64,000 nt of DNA from an uncultured Candidatus Saccharibacteria bacterium (GTDB lineage: Bacteria > Patescibacteriota > Dojkabacteria > SC72 > WJKH01). The DNA lies in NCBI GenBank assembly GCA_964602665.1, contig CAZRRH010000003.1, forward strand, positions 66,963-130,962. Direction: 5' to 3'. Shown here in pieces: positions 48,210-58,950 of the stretch. The notes under the pieces are model-generated. The model saw nothing but the letters and a program-made list of their open reading frames with translations. It did not search any database and was not told the DNA's origin. A program made the translations under genes and the position numbers. How positions within the stretch are numbered: position 1 is the stretch's first letter; each line of letters opens with the position of its first letter.

Positions 48210-50511
48210 TATATTGATCTTCGTTTCTAGTTTGGCAAATTTTGTTATTGCTATTTCAGTTATCCCAAAATCGAAAACAAATAAGTACATAATAGCTTTT
48301 TTTCTGTCTGTTCTCGGCACATCATTTTGGGGATTATCAACTCTTGTATTGAATTATTATACTAACATGTTTTGGGAAAGATTCCTCTTTACTAGTTCTA
48401 TTTTGGCAGTCTTTTTTATTGCGACATATTCTTTTTATTATTCCAAAATAAATATTAGGATAATAAATATAGTTAGAGGAACGTATTTAACGATTACTTT
48501 GATCTTATTATGGTCTACAAACTTGTTTATAGAATATGTTGCTAAATATGACAATTCGAGCGGAATAGAGGTAGGTCTTGGGAAGCTTTTCTCAGTGATA
48601 ATTTTTGTAATAATAATAGAATTAATCATCTTGTTTTTTAACCTGTTTACGGGTTTATCTCGAAGTAAAGCAATCGAAAGGCAAAGATTAAAATATTTTA
48701 TTTTTGGAATAATATTCTTTGTAGTTCCAACTTTAATTACCAACTTATTGCTACCAGTGTTAAAAGTCTATTCCTTTAATAACCTGGGAATTGTTTTTTC
48801 TTTGTTTTTCACAACGATGACTATGATTTCTATAGTTAGATTTAGGCTCTTTTCAATTGAAACTGTTATAGCAAAGATATTGTCAAGCTTCACGCTAGGC
48901 TTGGTCTTCTGGGCCATTGTTCTTATACTGAGAATTATCAAATTTTATGTTCTTGGATATAATCAATTTGATATACAGGCAATATTTATAGACTTAATTT
49001 TTTCAATAATTGTAGCTTCTTTGGTTGGAAGATTATCAAATTTTTTGCAGTATGGATACTCATCATTCCTTAAATCGGAGATTTTATCTCTTGAAAAAAT
49101 GTTCACAAAAATTTTTGAGGAAGTTAAAAACAAAGTTCAAATAGACGAATTAATAGTAAGCCTTACGAAAATAATTGAGAATGGAATGGAGAATGTATCA
49201 GCCAAGTTTTACGATATATATGATTATGAGAATACTGGAGGGAGAAGAGAATATGAATGGTTGGAAAAATTGAGAATGAACAGTGATATTATTATTTTGC
49301 AGGAGGAGAAAGATAAACAGTTGGTCGAAATTATGCGAAGCAAAAATATTGATATAATTGCAAAATTATCAGAATATACCTTTCTAACATTATCTTCTGT
49401 AAATGATAGAGATTCTTTTACAAAAATAGAAATAGAAATGGTTGAAGAAATAACTAGTTTGCTTAAGCCAATTTTTCTTAGAATAGATAACGAAAGAATG
49501 ATTGTGGATTTAAATACTTCTTTGCAAAAAAGAGTTGACGAAGCAACCTCTAAAATTCAAAAACAATTAACGCAATTAAAAGACGCTCGTGAAAAAGAAA
49601 GAAACATGATAGACATAATGGGACATGAACTGAGAACACCTGCAACAATCGCAAACCTAAATGCCGATTTATTAGCAAAATATTGGAGAGAGCTCCTTCC
49701 GTACATTAAACATCCACAAAAAACAGCAGAAGAAATAGAAGACAGATACATAAAATACATGGCAAGATTAAAAGAAGGAATAGTGCGAGAAATAAAGCTC
49801 ATAAATGTCTTATTGGCGTCAGCAAAAATTGATGGAGGTAAAATAGTGCTAAATAAAGAAGCTGTAGACATATCAAATGTAATACAGACAAGCATACATG
49901 CTCATGAAAGAGATGCTAAGATAAAAGGTCTATCATTAAGATATGCAAATGCTGAAGATGAGAGCAACATTGAAAAAGAAATAGATGCACAAGACCTTGA
50001 TATAATCGGAGATTTTGGAATACCTAAAATCTACGCCGACAAAACAAGAATATTTGAAGTAGTCGACAACCTAATAACAAATGCAATTAAATATACTGAA
50101 GAAGGTGAAGTCACTGTTAGTGTGGAAAGCGATGAAGAAAAAGTAGAAGTGACAGTAAAAGATACTGGAGTCGGGATCTCTGAAGCAGATTTAAAGAAAA
50201 TAGGACAAAAATTTTACCGAGTAGGGCAGTATACAGATAATGGAGATGATGAGGATACAGACACTGTTTCTGCACAAAAAGGTAATGGCAAGTATAAATT
50301 GGTAAGGCCGGGTGGAACAGGACTTGGGCTGTATGTTGCTTTTGGACTTGTAAAAGAGCACGGTGGACAGGTTAAAATCAAGAGCAAGCTTGGTGTCGGG
50401 AGTGAATTCTCTTTTAGTATCGGCATTTACAAACGAGAATATAAAAGAGCAGGTTCGGGCGATAATGGAAGCAAAGATATGTTTAAAAAGTTTGGCTTAG
50501 GCAAGAAATAA
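48196..50511 (+). CDS. Multi-TM sensor histidine kinase (7TM-type N-terminus)
   Basis: At least 8 TM segments; H-box MGHELRTP, N-box NLITNAIKY, DTGVG, GGTGLGL. Confidence 0.92.
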   Translation: MNIVDILIFVSSLANFVIAISVIPKSKTNKYIIAFFLSVLGTSFWGLSTLVLNYYTNMFWERFLFTSSILAVFFIATYSFYYSKINIRIINIVRGTYLTITLILLWSTNLFIEYVAKYDNSSGIEVGLGKLFSVIIFVIIIELIILFFNLFTGLSRSKAIERQRLKYFIFGIIFFVVPTLITNLLLPVLKVYSFNNLGIVFSLFFTTMTMISIVRFRLFSIETVIAKILSSFTLGLVFWAIVLILRIIKFYVLGYNQFDIQAIFIDLIFSIIVASLVGRLSNFLQYGYSSFLKSEILSLEKMFTKIFEEVKNKVQIDELIVSLTKIIENGMENVSAKFYDIYDYENTGGRREYEWLEKLRMNSDIIILQEEKDKQLVEIMRSKNIDIIAKLSEYTFLTLSSVNDRDSFTKIEIEMVEEITSLLKPIFLRIDNERMIVDLNTSLQKRVDEATSKIQKQLTQLKDAREKERNMIDIMGHELRTPATIANLNADLLAKYWRELLPYIKHPQKTAEEIEDRYIKYMARLKEGIVREIKLINVLLASAKIDGGKIVLNKEAVDISNVIQTSIHAHERDAKIKGLSLRYANAEDESNIEKEIDAQDLDIIGDFGIPKIYADKTRIFEVVDNLITNAIKYTEEGEVTVSVESDEEKVEVTVKDTGVGISEADLKKIGQKFYRVGQYTDNGDDEDTDTVSAQKGNGKYKLVRPGGTGLGLYVAFGLVKEHGGQVKIKSKLGVGSEFSFSIGIYKREYKRAGSGDNGSKDMFKKFGLGKK

Positions 50512-50529
50512 ACGCCTTGATTTCTCCTG

Positions 50530-50558
50530 TTGACAATATTCTCACAATAACATACAAT
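50530..50558 (+). promoter_or_regulatory. sigma70 promoter
   Basis: TTGACA, 17-bp spacer, TACAAT upstream of 50589. Confidence 0.6.
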
Positions 50559-50588
50559 AAAATGTAATTAAATTTATCAAATAAGCTT

Positions 50589-51623
50589 ATGAAAAACAGA
50601 AAACTGCTAAGTGTTGCGGTTCTTTTATTCGCATCGCTTGCCCTTATAGGATGTACCAAAAAAGACACACCTGATGTCTTACCAGATGAAGATACTGATA
50701 TTGATGTCGTCGTTGATGATGTAGATACAGATGAGGAGGAAATTGTTGAAGAGGAGGAGGAAACTACAGATGAGGAAGATATAAATGACACTGTTTTGGA
50801 AGGGTTTAGTAGTACAAAACAGACAGCAGGAGTTGACTCTGATGCAGAGTATACACTCAAGCCAATTGATTTAGATGCTTTAACTGATTATTACAGAATT
50901 ACACTTTTGTTTGAGACTGTGACGGAGGATTATACGGCGAGCAAGCTTCCATACATAACTGCGGAATATAGTAGCTCGAAAAACGCTGTTGTGCTGAGAA
51001 TTGACGGTCTTGATAAGGACGAATCTGGTATAGCGACAATGAAATCTATTGATATAAACAAGCAAGGCCTTACAAAGATTTATCATGCAGTATCTGGAAC
51101 TGCGGGAATTGCTGTTTATGAGATAGGAAGCAGTAGTAAACCAGAATTTAAACTTAGTGTCGATAGTGTAAATGCAGCAAAAGTTTACCTGGATGTCAAA
51201 TATCCTACATTGACAGAAGAAGTTGTAAATCCAACAGGGCGAAATGAGGACTTTACCTTAACTAAACAGATAATTGTGGGAGGTAAGAGCGCAAACGGCT
51301 CTGGAATAACAAGATTGAGTTGGCTATCAAGTGGTGGAATATTAAATATCGTTTTCGAAGTTAAGGGTGATGAAACACAGCCTGTTCCTGATTGTTATGC
51401 TGAATATGTTGATGGAAAATTGAATTTGGTCTTTACAGATCTAAAATATTCTACATCCAAGACTACTCAAACATATACACTCCCAACAGTTGGAAGTGTT
51501 AGACTTGTTCCTATGGAGAATGGAGAATACAGATATGTTTTTGATTCTGTAACGGACAAAATGTTTAGACTAAATAAAAATCTTAGTCCTAACCAAATAC
51601 AATTTGAGATAAAACTAAGATAG
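50589..51623 (+). CDS. Lipoprotein with acidic linker and two AMIN-like beta domains
   Basis: Lipobox LIG-C; D/E-rich linker; two related halves (FSSTKQTAG...KVYLDV and FTLTKQIIVG...QIQFEI). Confidence 0.6.
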   Translation: MKNRKLLSVAVLLFASLALIGCTKKDTPDVLPDEDTDIDVVVDDVDTDEEEIVEEEEETTDEEDINDTVLEGFSSTKQTAGVDSDAEYTLKPIDLDALTDYYRITLLFETVTEDYTASKLPYITAEYSSSKNAVVLRIDGLDKDESGIATMKSIDINKQGLTKIYHAVSGTAGIAVYEIGSSSKPEFKLSVDSVNAAKVYLDVKYPTLTEEVVNPTGRNEDFTLTKQIIVGGKSANGSGITRLSWLSSGGILNIVFEVKGDETQPVPDCYAEYVDGKLNLVFTDLKYSTSKTTQTYTLPTVGSVRLVPMENGEYRYVFDSVTDKMFRLNKNLSPNQIQFEIKLR

Positions 51624-51636
51624 TAAAATTTCTCAT

Positions 51637-52890
51637 ATGAAAATAAAAAAAGTTTACGCAAGAGAGATTCTTGATTCAAGAGGGAATCCAACGGTTGAAG
51701 CCACAATCGAGCTTGAAAACGGCATAAAAGCAAAAGCTATGGTGCCTTCAGGAGCATCCACAGGAACTCATGAAGTAATAGAGCTAAGAGATGGTGATCA
51801 GAAGCGATATGGCGGGAAAGGGGTCCTAAAAGCTGTCGCAAATGTAAATGGTGAAATTAATGCAAAATTATCAGGCATGGAAGTTACAAATCAGCAGGAA
51901 ATTGATAATGAAATAATCAAGCTTGATGGAACAGTAAATAAAGGCCGTCTCGGTGGCAATGCAATACTTGCCGTCTCAATGGCGGTATCTCGTGCGGGTG
52001 CCTTATCAACAGATACAAAACTTTATAAATACATTCACTCTTTATGTTGTGAAAATAGCGAAATGATAATGCCTCGTCCAATGATAAATGTGCTAAATGG
52101 AGGTAAGCATGCAATAAGCGGTGTTGACATGCAAGAATTTATGATTGTCCCTATTAATCAGCCAACAATAGCAGAAAGAGTAAGGGTAGGATCAGAAGTG
52201 TTCATGCAACTTGGTAAAAATCTTCGAAGAGATGGATTTATAACAACAGTCGGTGATGAAGGAGGGTACGCACCTTCTTTTTCCAAAAATGAAGACGCTC
52301 TAAAAACTATCGTCGAAGCAATAAAAGATGCGGGATATAATCCTGGGGTTGATGTCTCAATTGCCCTAGATCCTGCCGCATCGGAATTTTATGAGAATGG
52401 GAGATATAATTTAAAAGCTGACGGATTATCATTATCATCTGATGAGCTTTTAAATATTTATAATGAGTGGGTTAACAAGTATCCTATAATTTCAATAGAA
52501 GATCCGTTTGCGGAAGATGACTGGGAGGCTTTTACTAAAACGACGAATCTCTTAGGAAATAAAATTCAAATAGTAGGTGATGATCTGCTTGTTACAAATG
52601 TGCAAAGATTATCTAAAGCAATAGAACTTAAATCTTGTAATAGCATTCTTATAAAACTAAATCAAATTGGAACTGTAAGTGAGGCCATAGATGCTGTTAA
52701 GAAAGCCAAATCTGTTGGTATGAAGACGATAATTTCGCATAGGTCTGGCGAGACTGAAGATACATTTATTGCTGACTTTGCTGTTGGAACAGTTGCTGCT
52801 CAAATAAAGACAGGATCAATGAGTAGAAGTGAAAGAGTTGCAAAATACAACAGATTAATGGAGATCGAGATTGAATTACAATCTGTGTAA
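51637..52890 (+). CDS. eno: Enolase
   Basis: REILDSRGNPTVE, VPSGASTG, SHRSGETED, RSERVAKYN. Confidence 0.98.
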   Translation: MKIKKVYAREILDSRGNPTVEATIELENGIKAKAMVPSGASTGTHEVIELRDGDQKRYGGKGVLKAVANVNGEINAKLSGMEVTNQQEIDNEIIKLDGTVNKGRLGGNAILAVSMAVSRAGALSTDTKLYKYIHSLCCENSEMIMPRPMINVLNGGKHAISGVDMQEFMIVPINQPTIAERVRVGSEVFMQLGKNLRRDGFITTVGDEGGYAPSFSKNEDALKTIVEAIKDAGYNPGVDVSIALDPAASEFYENGRYNLKADGLSLSSDELLNIYNEWVNKYPIISIEDPFAEDDWEAFTKTTNLLGNKIQIVGDDLLVTNVQRLSKAIELKSCNSILIKLNQIGTVSEAIDAVKKAKSVGMKTIISHRSGETEDTFIADFAVGTVAAQIKTGSMSRSERVAKYNRLMEIEIELQSV

Positions 52891-52892
52891 TT

Positions 52893-53708
52893 CTACGCGG
52901 ATCTGTATAGTCGCCAGCTATAAAGCAAAATTGCGCATGAAACACTCACATTGAGGGAGTCGTTTTTGCCTAGCATTGGTATTTTTACTGTTAAATCGTT
53001 ATTTTTACTCCAGAACTCTGATAAACCATGATGCTCGTTTCCTAAAATAAATGCTGATTTAGAGGGTAAAGAAATTTTGCTATTTCCAAGAAGGTTTTTG
53101 CTAAAAGGGTCTGCAGTGATAATATTAAAACCATTTTCTTTGCAAAAAGCAAGAGCTTCGTTTTCGGTCATTATTTGCCATTTTGTTGTGAAAAATGTCC
53201 CAACGCTACTTCGGATTGCGCTTTGAGAATAAATATCTGTACTTTGATTTGTAAGAACAACGCCATCTATACCTGCACCATCAGCACTTCTTAGCATTGC
53301 GCCAATATTTCCAGGTTTTTGTATGTTATCAAGAATTAAAATACAACTCTCTTCTTCTTTCTTAAGTTCTGTTGAAATTTTTGTTAAAGAGTCATTGCTA
53401 ATTTTATTACATATTCCGATTATCCCTTCTGATAAATTCCTATATTTTACCCTTTCGTATAATGCCTCTGGGATAATATAAATATCTGCTTGCACAGATT
53501 TAATAGCTAAATTCTGCAAAATTTTATCCGATTTTTGTGAGCAAATCCATATCGAGGTAAATTTATACTCTGCATTAATCGCAAATTCTATTTCTTTTAA
53601 CCCCTCAATGATAAAAAGATTCGTTTTGTCTCTTTCACGCTTTTTGGTTAGTTTAAGGAGCTGTTTATATTTAGCATTATCCTTACTGCTTATAAATGAG
53701 GGTTGCAT
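52893..53708 (-). CDS. TrmH/SpoU-family RNA methyltransferase
   Basis: PGNIGAMLRSA, LGNEHHGL, IPMLGKNDSLNVS. Confidence 0.92.
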   Translation of the reverse strand: MQPSFISSKDNAKYKQLLKLTKKRERDKTNLFIIEGLKEIEFAINAEYKFTSIWICSQKSDKILQNLAIKSVQADIYIIPEALYERVKYRNLSEGIIGICNKISNDSLTKISTELKKEEESCILILDNIQKPGNIGAMLRSADGAGIDGVVLTNQSTDIYSQSAIRSSVGTFFTTKWQIMTENEALAFCKENGFNIITADPFSKNLLGNSKISLPSKSAFILGNEHHGLSEFWSKNNDLTVKIPMLGKNDSLNVSVSCAILLYSWRLYRSA

Positions 53709-53878
53709 ATATTAAGATTATATCATACCCAAATCAGGATTTACATAGGGATGAGTTAATTTCTTTGAAATAAGTTCCAAAAGGATCCCGCCTAAGTTAT
53801 GATGCAATAAGATGTTGACAAAAAGAAATATTCGTGGTAAAATAATTATATATAGCAGATAAACCCTAATAAGAAATT

Positions 53879-54517
53879 ATGGGCAATTTGATAGAAGCAT
53901 ATAATAGAGGAGGAGAAAATCTTCATATAATTAAAAGATTTTTAGAAGGGATCCAAGCAATAAGCGGAAAGATGATTGGTATTGATCCTGCTTTTAATAA
54001 TGGAGCATTTTTAGGCTGTGATGTTGATCTTTCTCATGGAGGATTTGGAATTTGCTTAAGAAGAAGAGAAGATTTAATTCCTGCCATTATTACAAGATGT
54101 TATCTTCATGGTAATCTAAGAGGAGAGCTAATATTTCCTGAAAGTAATGGCCATGCAATATATCCTTATGGCGGCTTGACAAGGGCTACTGCATTGTTGA
54201 TGCCCGGAGCAAGTGAAAACGGAGGTCAATCATTATTAATCTCTCTTACCCCCGAATTTTTTTTAACTGGTGATATTACTGCTCATCCATCAGAGATTGC
54301 GGCTGAAATATTGGTTAGGCAAAAAACTCAAAAGATTTTAAATCTTCTTTCCTCAGGTTCGGCTAGTTCATTAATGATTAATGTCCCTGATTATGCCTTC
54401 CCGATGTTAACCGAATTCTCTTTTCCTGCTTCAACGGAAGCTTCGTCAATTCTTCAAGATTTAGAAAAAGATGAAAATGGTAGAATTGCAATGACAGATT
54501 TGTCAGTTTTTAGCTAA
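53879..54517 (+). CDS. Hypothetical protein
   Basis: 212-aa ORF with promoter TTGACA-17-TAAAAT at 53815-53843. Confidence 0.55.
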   Translation: MGNLIEAYNRGGENLHIIKRFLEGIQAISGKMIGIDPAFNNGAFLGCDVDLSHGGFGICLRRREDLIPAIITRCYLHGNLRGELIFPESNGHAIYPYGGLTRATALLMPGASENGGQSLLISLTPEFFLTGDITAHPSEIAAEILVRQKTQKILNLLSSGSASSLMINVPDYAFPMLTEFSFPASTEASSILQDLEKDENGRIAMTDLSVFS

Positions 54518-54522
54518 GAAAA

Positions 54523-55437
54523 TTATAATCTCTTGAAAATATTGTAAACTGCGATAGCACCTTCACTACAGGCTGTGATCACTTGTGCAAAACCGCTTGA
54601 GCCTGATGAAATATCTCCACAAGCATATAGACCTTTAATGCTAGTTTGTTGCGTATTATCAACCTCGACTAGGCCTCCCTTGGTTAATGAGACATTGAGA
54701 GCTTCAATAATAGAAGTTTCTGGGACAGCACCTATTTCAACAAAAGTGCCATCTACATCGTAAGTTTCTTCTTTATCAGTGTTGAGATTCTTGACAATAA
54801 TCTTCTTTAATTTTTCGTCTCCAATAAAATCGGCAACTTTAGTCTGATAATGGATAGTTATATTTTTTCTCTCAAGAACTTGTTCTATCCACATAACTTC
54901 TCCATGAAGCTTATCTTCAATCAAGAAAAGGTGGACTTGTTTTGCAACATCAGATAAATATAAAGCCGCTGTTGTTGCACTATCTCCTCCACCAATTACT
55001 GCGACATTTTTATCCCTGTAAAAAAACGCATCACAAGTTGCACAATATGAAATTCCTTTCCCAAGAAGCCTGTTTTCTGAATCTATTCCAAGTCGTCGTC
55101 TTTTTGTTCCAGTTGCTAATATAACATTTTTTGCATAGAAAGTTTGACCATCTTCAAGTTGTACTACAAAATTATTATTTTCTAAACTGATTTTTTCTAC
55201 GCGTTTATTTATCTCTGTTGCGCCGTATCTTTTTGCATGATCCTTCATCTTGTGCCCAAGTTCAAATCCACTTATCTCTGGAAATCCGGGGAAATTACAT
55301 ACTTTATGAGACTCTGTTATTGTGCCTCCAGCAAGTTGTCCGATGGTAACATGCTCAATCTTATATCTACTGGCGTAAATACTCGCAGTATAGCCTGCGG
55401 GACCTGTTCCTATTATTATTAATGGGTATATTTTCAT
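54523..55437 (-). CDS. trxB: Thioredoxin reductase
   Basis: IIGTGPAG, SYCATCD, VIGGGDSA. Confidence 0.93.
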   Translation of the reverse strand: MKIYPLIIIGTGPAGYTASIYASRYKIEHVTIGQLAGGTITESHKVCNFPGFPEISGFELGHKMKDHAKRYGATEINKRVEKISLENNNFVVQLEDGQTFYAKNVILATGTKRRRLGIDSENRLLGKGISYCATCDAFFYRDKNVAVIGGGDSATTAALYLSDVAKQVHLFLIEDKLHGEVMWIEQVLERKNITIHYQTKVADFIGDEKLKKIIVKNLNTDKEETYDVDGTFVEIGAVPETSIIEALNVSLTKGGLVEVDNTQQTSIKGLYACGDISSGSSGFAQVITACSEGAIAVYNIFKRL

Positions 55438-55481
55438 AGCCGATTATATCATAAAGCGTGTTTTTATGGTAGAATGTTGTT

Positions 55482-56369
55482 ATGGAAAACAATCAGCCGA
55501 TAGCATCTTTGCCGGCGGGTAAGACAATTCTTAGTAAAGAATTCAAAGATTGTACTCAATCAAAAAACAGATATAAAAGAAGTCGTATTGCTAATCTATT
55601 TTGTCGCATAAAATCGAGGATAGATAAAGAAATAATTAAAAAGATTGTTAAGTCGATTTTTGTTATCCTTTTAATCGCTGGGTTTTTGATTGTTTTACCA
55701 AGATTGCCTTTTTTAAAGGTTCAATTGATAGAGGTAGAGAATGTCGCAAACAATGATTTTGTTAATATATCAAAGGAGCAGATAATAAGCAGTATACAAG
55801 AAGCTAAACAAGAGAATTACTTTTCATTATCAACAAGAGAATATGAACAGAAAATTCTCGAATCTGATACAAAAGTAAAAGCTGTATATATTGAGAAAGT
55901 TTTTCCAAATAAAATAACTGTGACAATTGAGGAAAGAATTCCTATTTTATCGATATACTCAAGAGGAAGTTGTGCTCTAATTGCAGATGATAGCTTTGTT
56001 CTTTCCGTATTGGAGGGCGATTGTACTGAGCAGATTGGCAGATATCTTACCGATTACGCAGAAGTTGTTGATAATAAAGCGAAATTTGAGACAGGTTCAA
56101 AAAACAATTCGTATTTAATTGCAGGATTGATGACGATAAGGAGTAAAGCAGATAAATACGGATTCTCTATTGAAAGGGTATTGATTAAAGATACTATTGC
56201 CTATATAATACTAAGAGGTGATGTTGTACTTAATCTTGTTGTTGATTTTGACAAGTCGGTAGAAGAACAAATGGCGCGATTCTCGGTGATTATGGATTAT
56301 ACTCCGACAGTAGTTAGGCAGTACTCATCGATAGATCTTAGATTTGAGAAGCCTGTTTTACTTGAATAG
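55482..56369 (+). CDS. ftsQ: Cell division protein FtsQ/DivIB
   Basis: TM plus POTRA (KVFPNKITVTIEER), C-terminal SIDLRFEKP; directly upstream of ftsA. Confidence 0.8.
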   Translation: MENNQPIASLPAGKTILSKEFKDCTQSKNRYKRSRIANLFCRIKSRIDKEIIKKIVKSIFVILLIAGFLIVLPRLPFLKVQLIEVENVANNDFVNISKEQIISSIQEAKQENYFSLSTREYEQKILESDTKVKAVYIEKVFPNKITVTIEERIPILSIYSRGSCALIADDSFVLSVLEGDCTEQIGRYLTDYAEVVDNKAKFETGSKNNSYLIAGLMTIRSKADKYGFSIERVLIKDTIAYIILRGDVVLNLVVDFDKSVEEQMARFSVIMDYTPTVVRQYSSIDLRFEKPVLLE

Positions 56370-56473
56370 ATAATCAAAAGGCTTTTATTTATTTTAAATA
56401 AAGCCAGATTTCTATTGACATATTGGTGATAAATATATATATTATTTAGTAACTAAAATTAAATATTACAATT

Positions 56474-57784
56474 ATGGGAAGAAGAATTATAACCGCTATT
56501 GATGTTGGATCAAGTAAAATCGCTACCGTCGTGGCTTATGTTGATGACAACGAGAAAAGACCTGTTGTTATAGGGGTACATACTCCTCCAAGTAGAGGTG
56601 TACGTAAAGGATCTATTGTAAACATTGAGGAAGCAACAGATGCGATCTCTGAGAGTATTACAGCTGCAGAAAAAATGGCGGGAACAAGCGTTGTTGATGT
56701 ATATGTTTCTATAAACGGCGAGCAGATAACCAGTATAAATAATAAGGGCGTTGTTGCTGTTTCAGCGGGCAATGAGATAACAGTTGAGGATACTTTTAGA
56801 GCCATTGAGAACGCAAAAACTCTTACTCTTCCACAAAATGTTAATCCAATCCACATTATTCCAAGAAATTTTGTCGTTGATAACCAGGGTGGAATAAAAT
56901 ATCCAATTGGGATGAGCGGTATGAGACTTGAGGTCGATACTCATATTATTACAGCACCAATGTCTTCGTGGCAGAATTTATATAAGTGCATACAGATGCT
57001 TGGATATACTGTACAGGACCTTGTTTTTACGGGGTGGGCGTCTTCACAATCTGTAATCACTGAGACAGAGAAAGAGCTTGGTGTGACAGTCTTGGACATC
57101 GGCGCTGGAACTACTACAATTACCGTTTTTGAAGAAGGATCAGTAGTTTATAGTGGATGTATCGCCCTTGGTGGCATGAATGTCACAAGTGATATCGCAA
57201 TTGGTTTGCAGGTTTCTCTGGAAGATGCAGAGAAGATTAAAATAAACATGGAAAAAATCTTAAACGATAATGTTAAAGTATCCGCAAGAGATAATAGGCC
57301 ATCTTTGCTTGTAAAGAAAGATGAACCTCAAAAAAGCAGTAAGCAAAACGGTGATATGGCTAACGTCACAGGACTTGGAGTACAATCCAAAGACGAAATT
57401 TCAAAAGTCATGCTTAAGAAAATTGTAGAAGCAAGATTGGAAGAGATTTTTGACATTGCAAAAGACTCTGTTTCAAAAGCTGGATACAATATAAATACTC
57501 CTGCTGGCGTGGTAATTACAGGTGGTAGTTCAAGATTAATTGGAATTGAGAAAGTTGCTCAATCAAGCTTTGGAGTTCCCGCAAGAAAAGGTTTTCCATC
57601 AGGTCTTGGCGGTATGACAGAAGAAATCTCGGGACCGGAATTTAGTGTAGCACAAGGTCTTATAAAATATGCTGCAGAAGATGAAGCTGATCATAGCAAG
57701 GCTAGAACACACGGACTTGCTTCTGGTGGTAGTGGAATATTTGGAAAGGTTAAGGATTTATTTAAAAATATAATTAAATTTTGA
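56474..57784 (+). CDS. ftsA: Cell division protein FtsA
   Basis: AIDVGSSKI, LDIGAGTT, VVITGGSS, C-terminal amphipathic helix. Confidence 0.96.
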   Translation: MGRRIITAIDVGSSKIATVVAYVDDNEKRPVVIGVHTPPSRGVRKGSIVNIEEATDAISESITAAEKMAGTSVVDVYVSINGEQITSINNKGVVAVSAGNEITVEDTFRAIENAKTLTLPQNVNPIHIIPRNFVVDNQGGIKYPIGMSGMRLEVDTHIITAPMSSWQNLYKCIQMLGYTVQDLVFTGWASSQSVITETEKELGVTVLDIGAGTTTITVFEEGSVVYSGCIALGGMNVTSDIAIGLQVSLEDAEKIKINMEKILNDNVKVSARDNRPSLLVKKDEPQKSSKQNGDMANVTGLGVQSKDEISKVMLKKIVEARLEEIFDIAKDSVSKAGYNINTPAGVVITGGSSRLIGIEKVAQSSFGVPARKGFPSGLGGMTEEISGPEFSVAQGLIKYAAEDEADHSKARTHGLASGGSGIFGKVKDLFKNIIKF

Positions 57785-57795
57785 AGTAATAAAAT

Positions 57796-58950
57796 ATGTT
57801 AGTTACTCCTCAATCAAATTCTGTCGCAAAGATTAAGGTCGTTGGGCTTGGTGGTGCTGGTGGCAACGCTGTAAATACAATGATCTCGGATTTTAATATA
57901 GAAGGTGTCGATTTTATGGCTTTTAATACTGATCAGCAGGCACTTAAAAATTCCCTTGCTCCAATAACTTTGCAACTTGGGAGTCAATTAACAAGAGGAC
58001 TTGGTGTTGGTGGTGATCACATGCTTGGTGCTCAATCAGCTGAGGAGAGTATTGATGAGGTACATGAGCATCTTGCAGGGGCTGATATGGTGTTTTTAAC
58101 TGCTGGAATGGGTGGTGGTACTGGTACTGGTTCTATTCCTGTTGTTGCCGGGGTCGCTAAAAACATGGGAGCATTAACAGTTGCTGTTGTTACAAAGCCA
58201 TTTGCATTTGAAGGCAAAAAAAGAGCCGAAGTTGCCGAAGAGGGTATTGCAGCACTTAAAGATAAAGTAGACACATTGATTGTCGTGCCAAATCAGCGAT
58301 TACTCGATATTATTGATGAGGACATTTCCTTTTTTGAGGCGATGAAAAAGGTTGATAATGTACTCGCAGAGGGCGTCAAAAGTATTACAAGTTTGGTTAC
58401 GCAGACCGGATATATTAATGTTGACTTTGCTGATGTTAAGACAATAATGCAAAATGCTGGAACAGCGATAATGGGTATTGGTAAAGCAAAAGGCGAGAAT
58501 AGGGCAGAAGAAGCTGCAAGAATGGCCACTACAAGTCCGCTTCTTGACATGTCTATTGAGGGCGCGAAGGGAGTTCTTTTCAATGTCATTGGTGGTTTAA
58601 ATATGACAATGAAAGAAATCGACCATGCTGCTCAACTTATTGAAGAAGCTGTAGATCCAAGCGCAAACATAATATTTGGAGCTAGTATTGATGAGAATCT
58701 CGGTGATGAAATTGTTATTACGATTGTTGCTACTGGATTTAGTGAGGATAATAAAGCTGCTCCACTTACAAGTAAAAAAGCTGAAGAAAAGTCCTCTGAT
58801 AGTTCAAAAATTAATAGCAACTTAGGCTCATTATCTATAAACGATTTTGACCTTGATGATGAAGTTGCCGATAAGAAAATCAAATCTGCTAGCGACGAAA
58901 AAGGTGGTGACCTTGAAGTTCCTGCTTTTATGAGAAGAAAATCAAACTAA
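57796..58950 (+). CDS. ftsZ: Cell division protein FtsZ
   Basis: GGAGGNAVN, tubulin signature GGGTGTG, INVDFADV, tail LEVPAFMRR. Confidence 0.98.
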   Translation: MLVTPQSNSVAKIKVVGLGGAGGNAVNTMISDFNIEGVDFMAFNTDQQALKNSLAPITLQLGSQLTRGLGVGGDHMLGAQSAEESIDEVHEHLAGADMVFLTAGMGGGTGTGSIPVVAGVAKNMGALTVAVVTKPFAFEGKKRAEVAEEGIAALKDKVDTLIVVPNQRLLDIIDEDISFFEAMKKVDNVLAEGVKSITSLVTQTGYINVDFADVKTIMQNAGTAIMGIGKAKGENRAEEAARMATTSPLLDMSIEGAKGVLFNVIGGLNMTMKEIDHAAQLIEEAVDPSANIIFGASIDENLGDEIVITIVATGFSEDNKAAPLTSKKAEEKSSDSSKINSNLGSLSINDFDLDDEVADKKIKSASDEKGGDLEVPAFMRRKSN

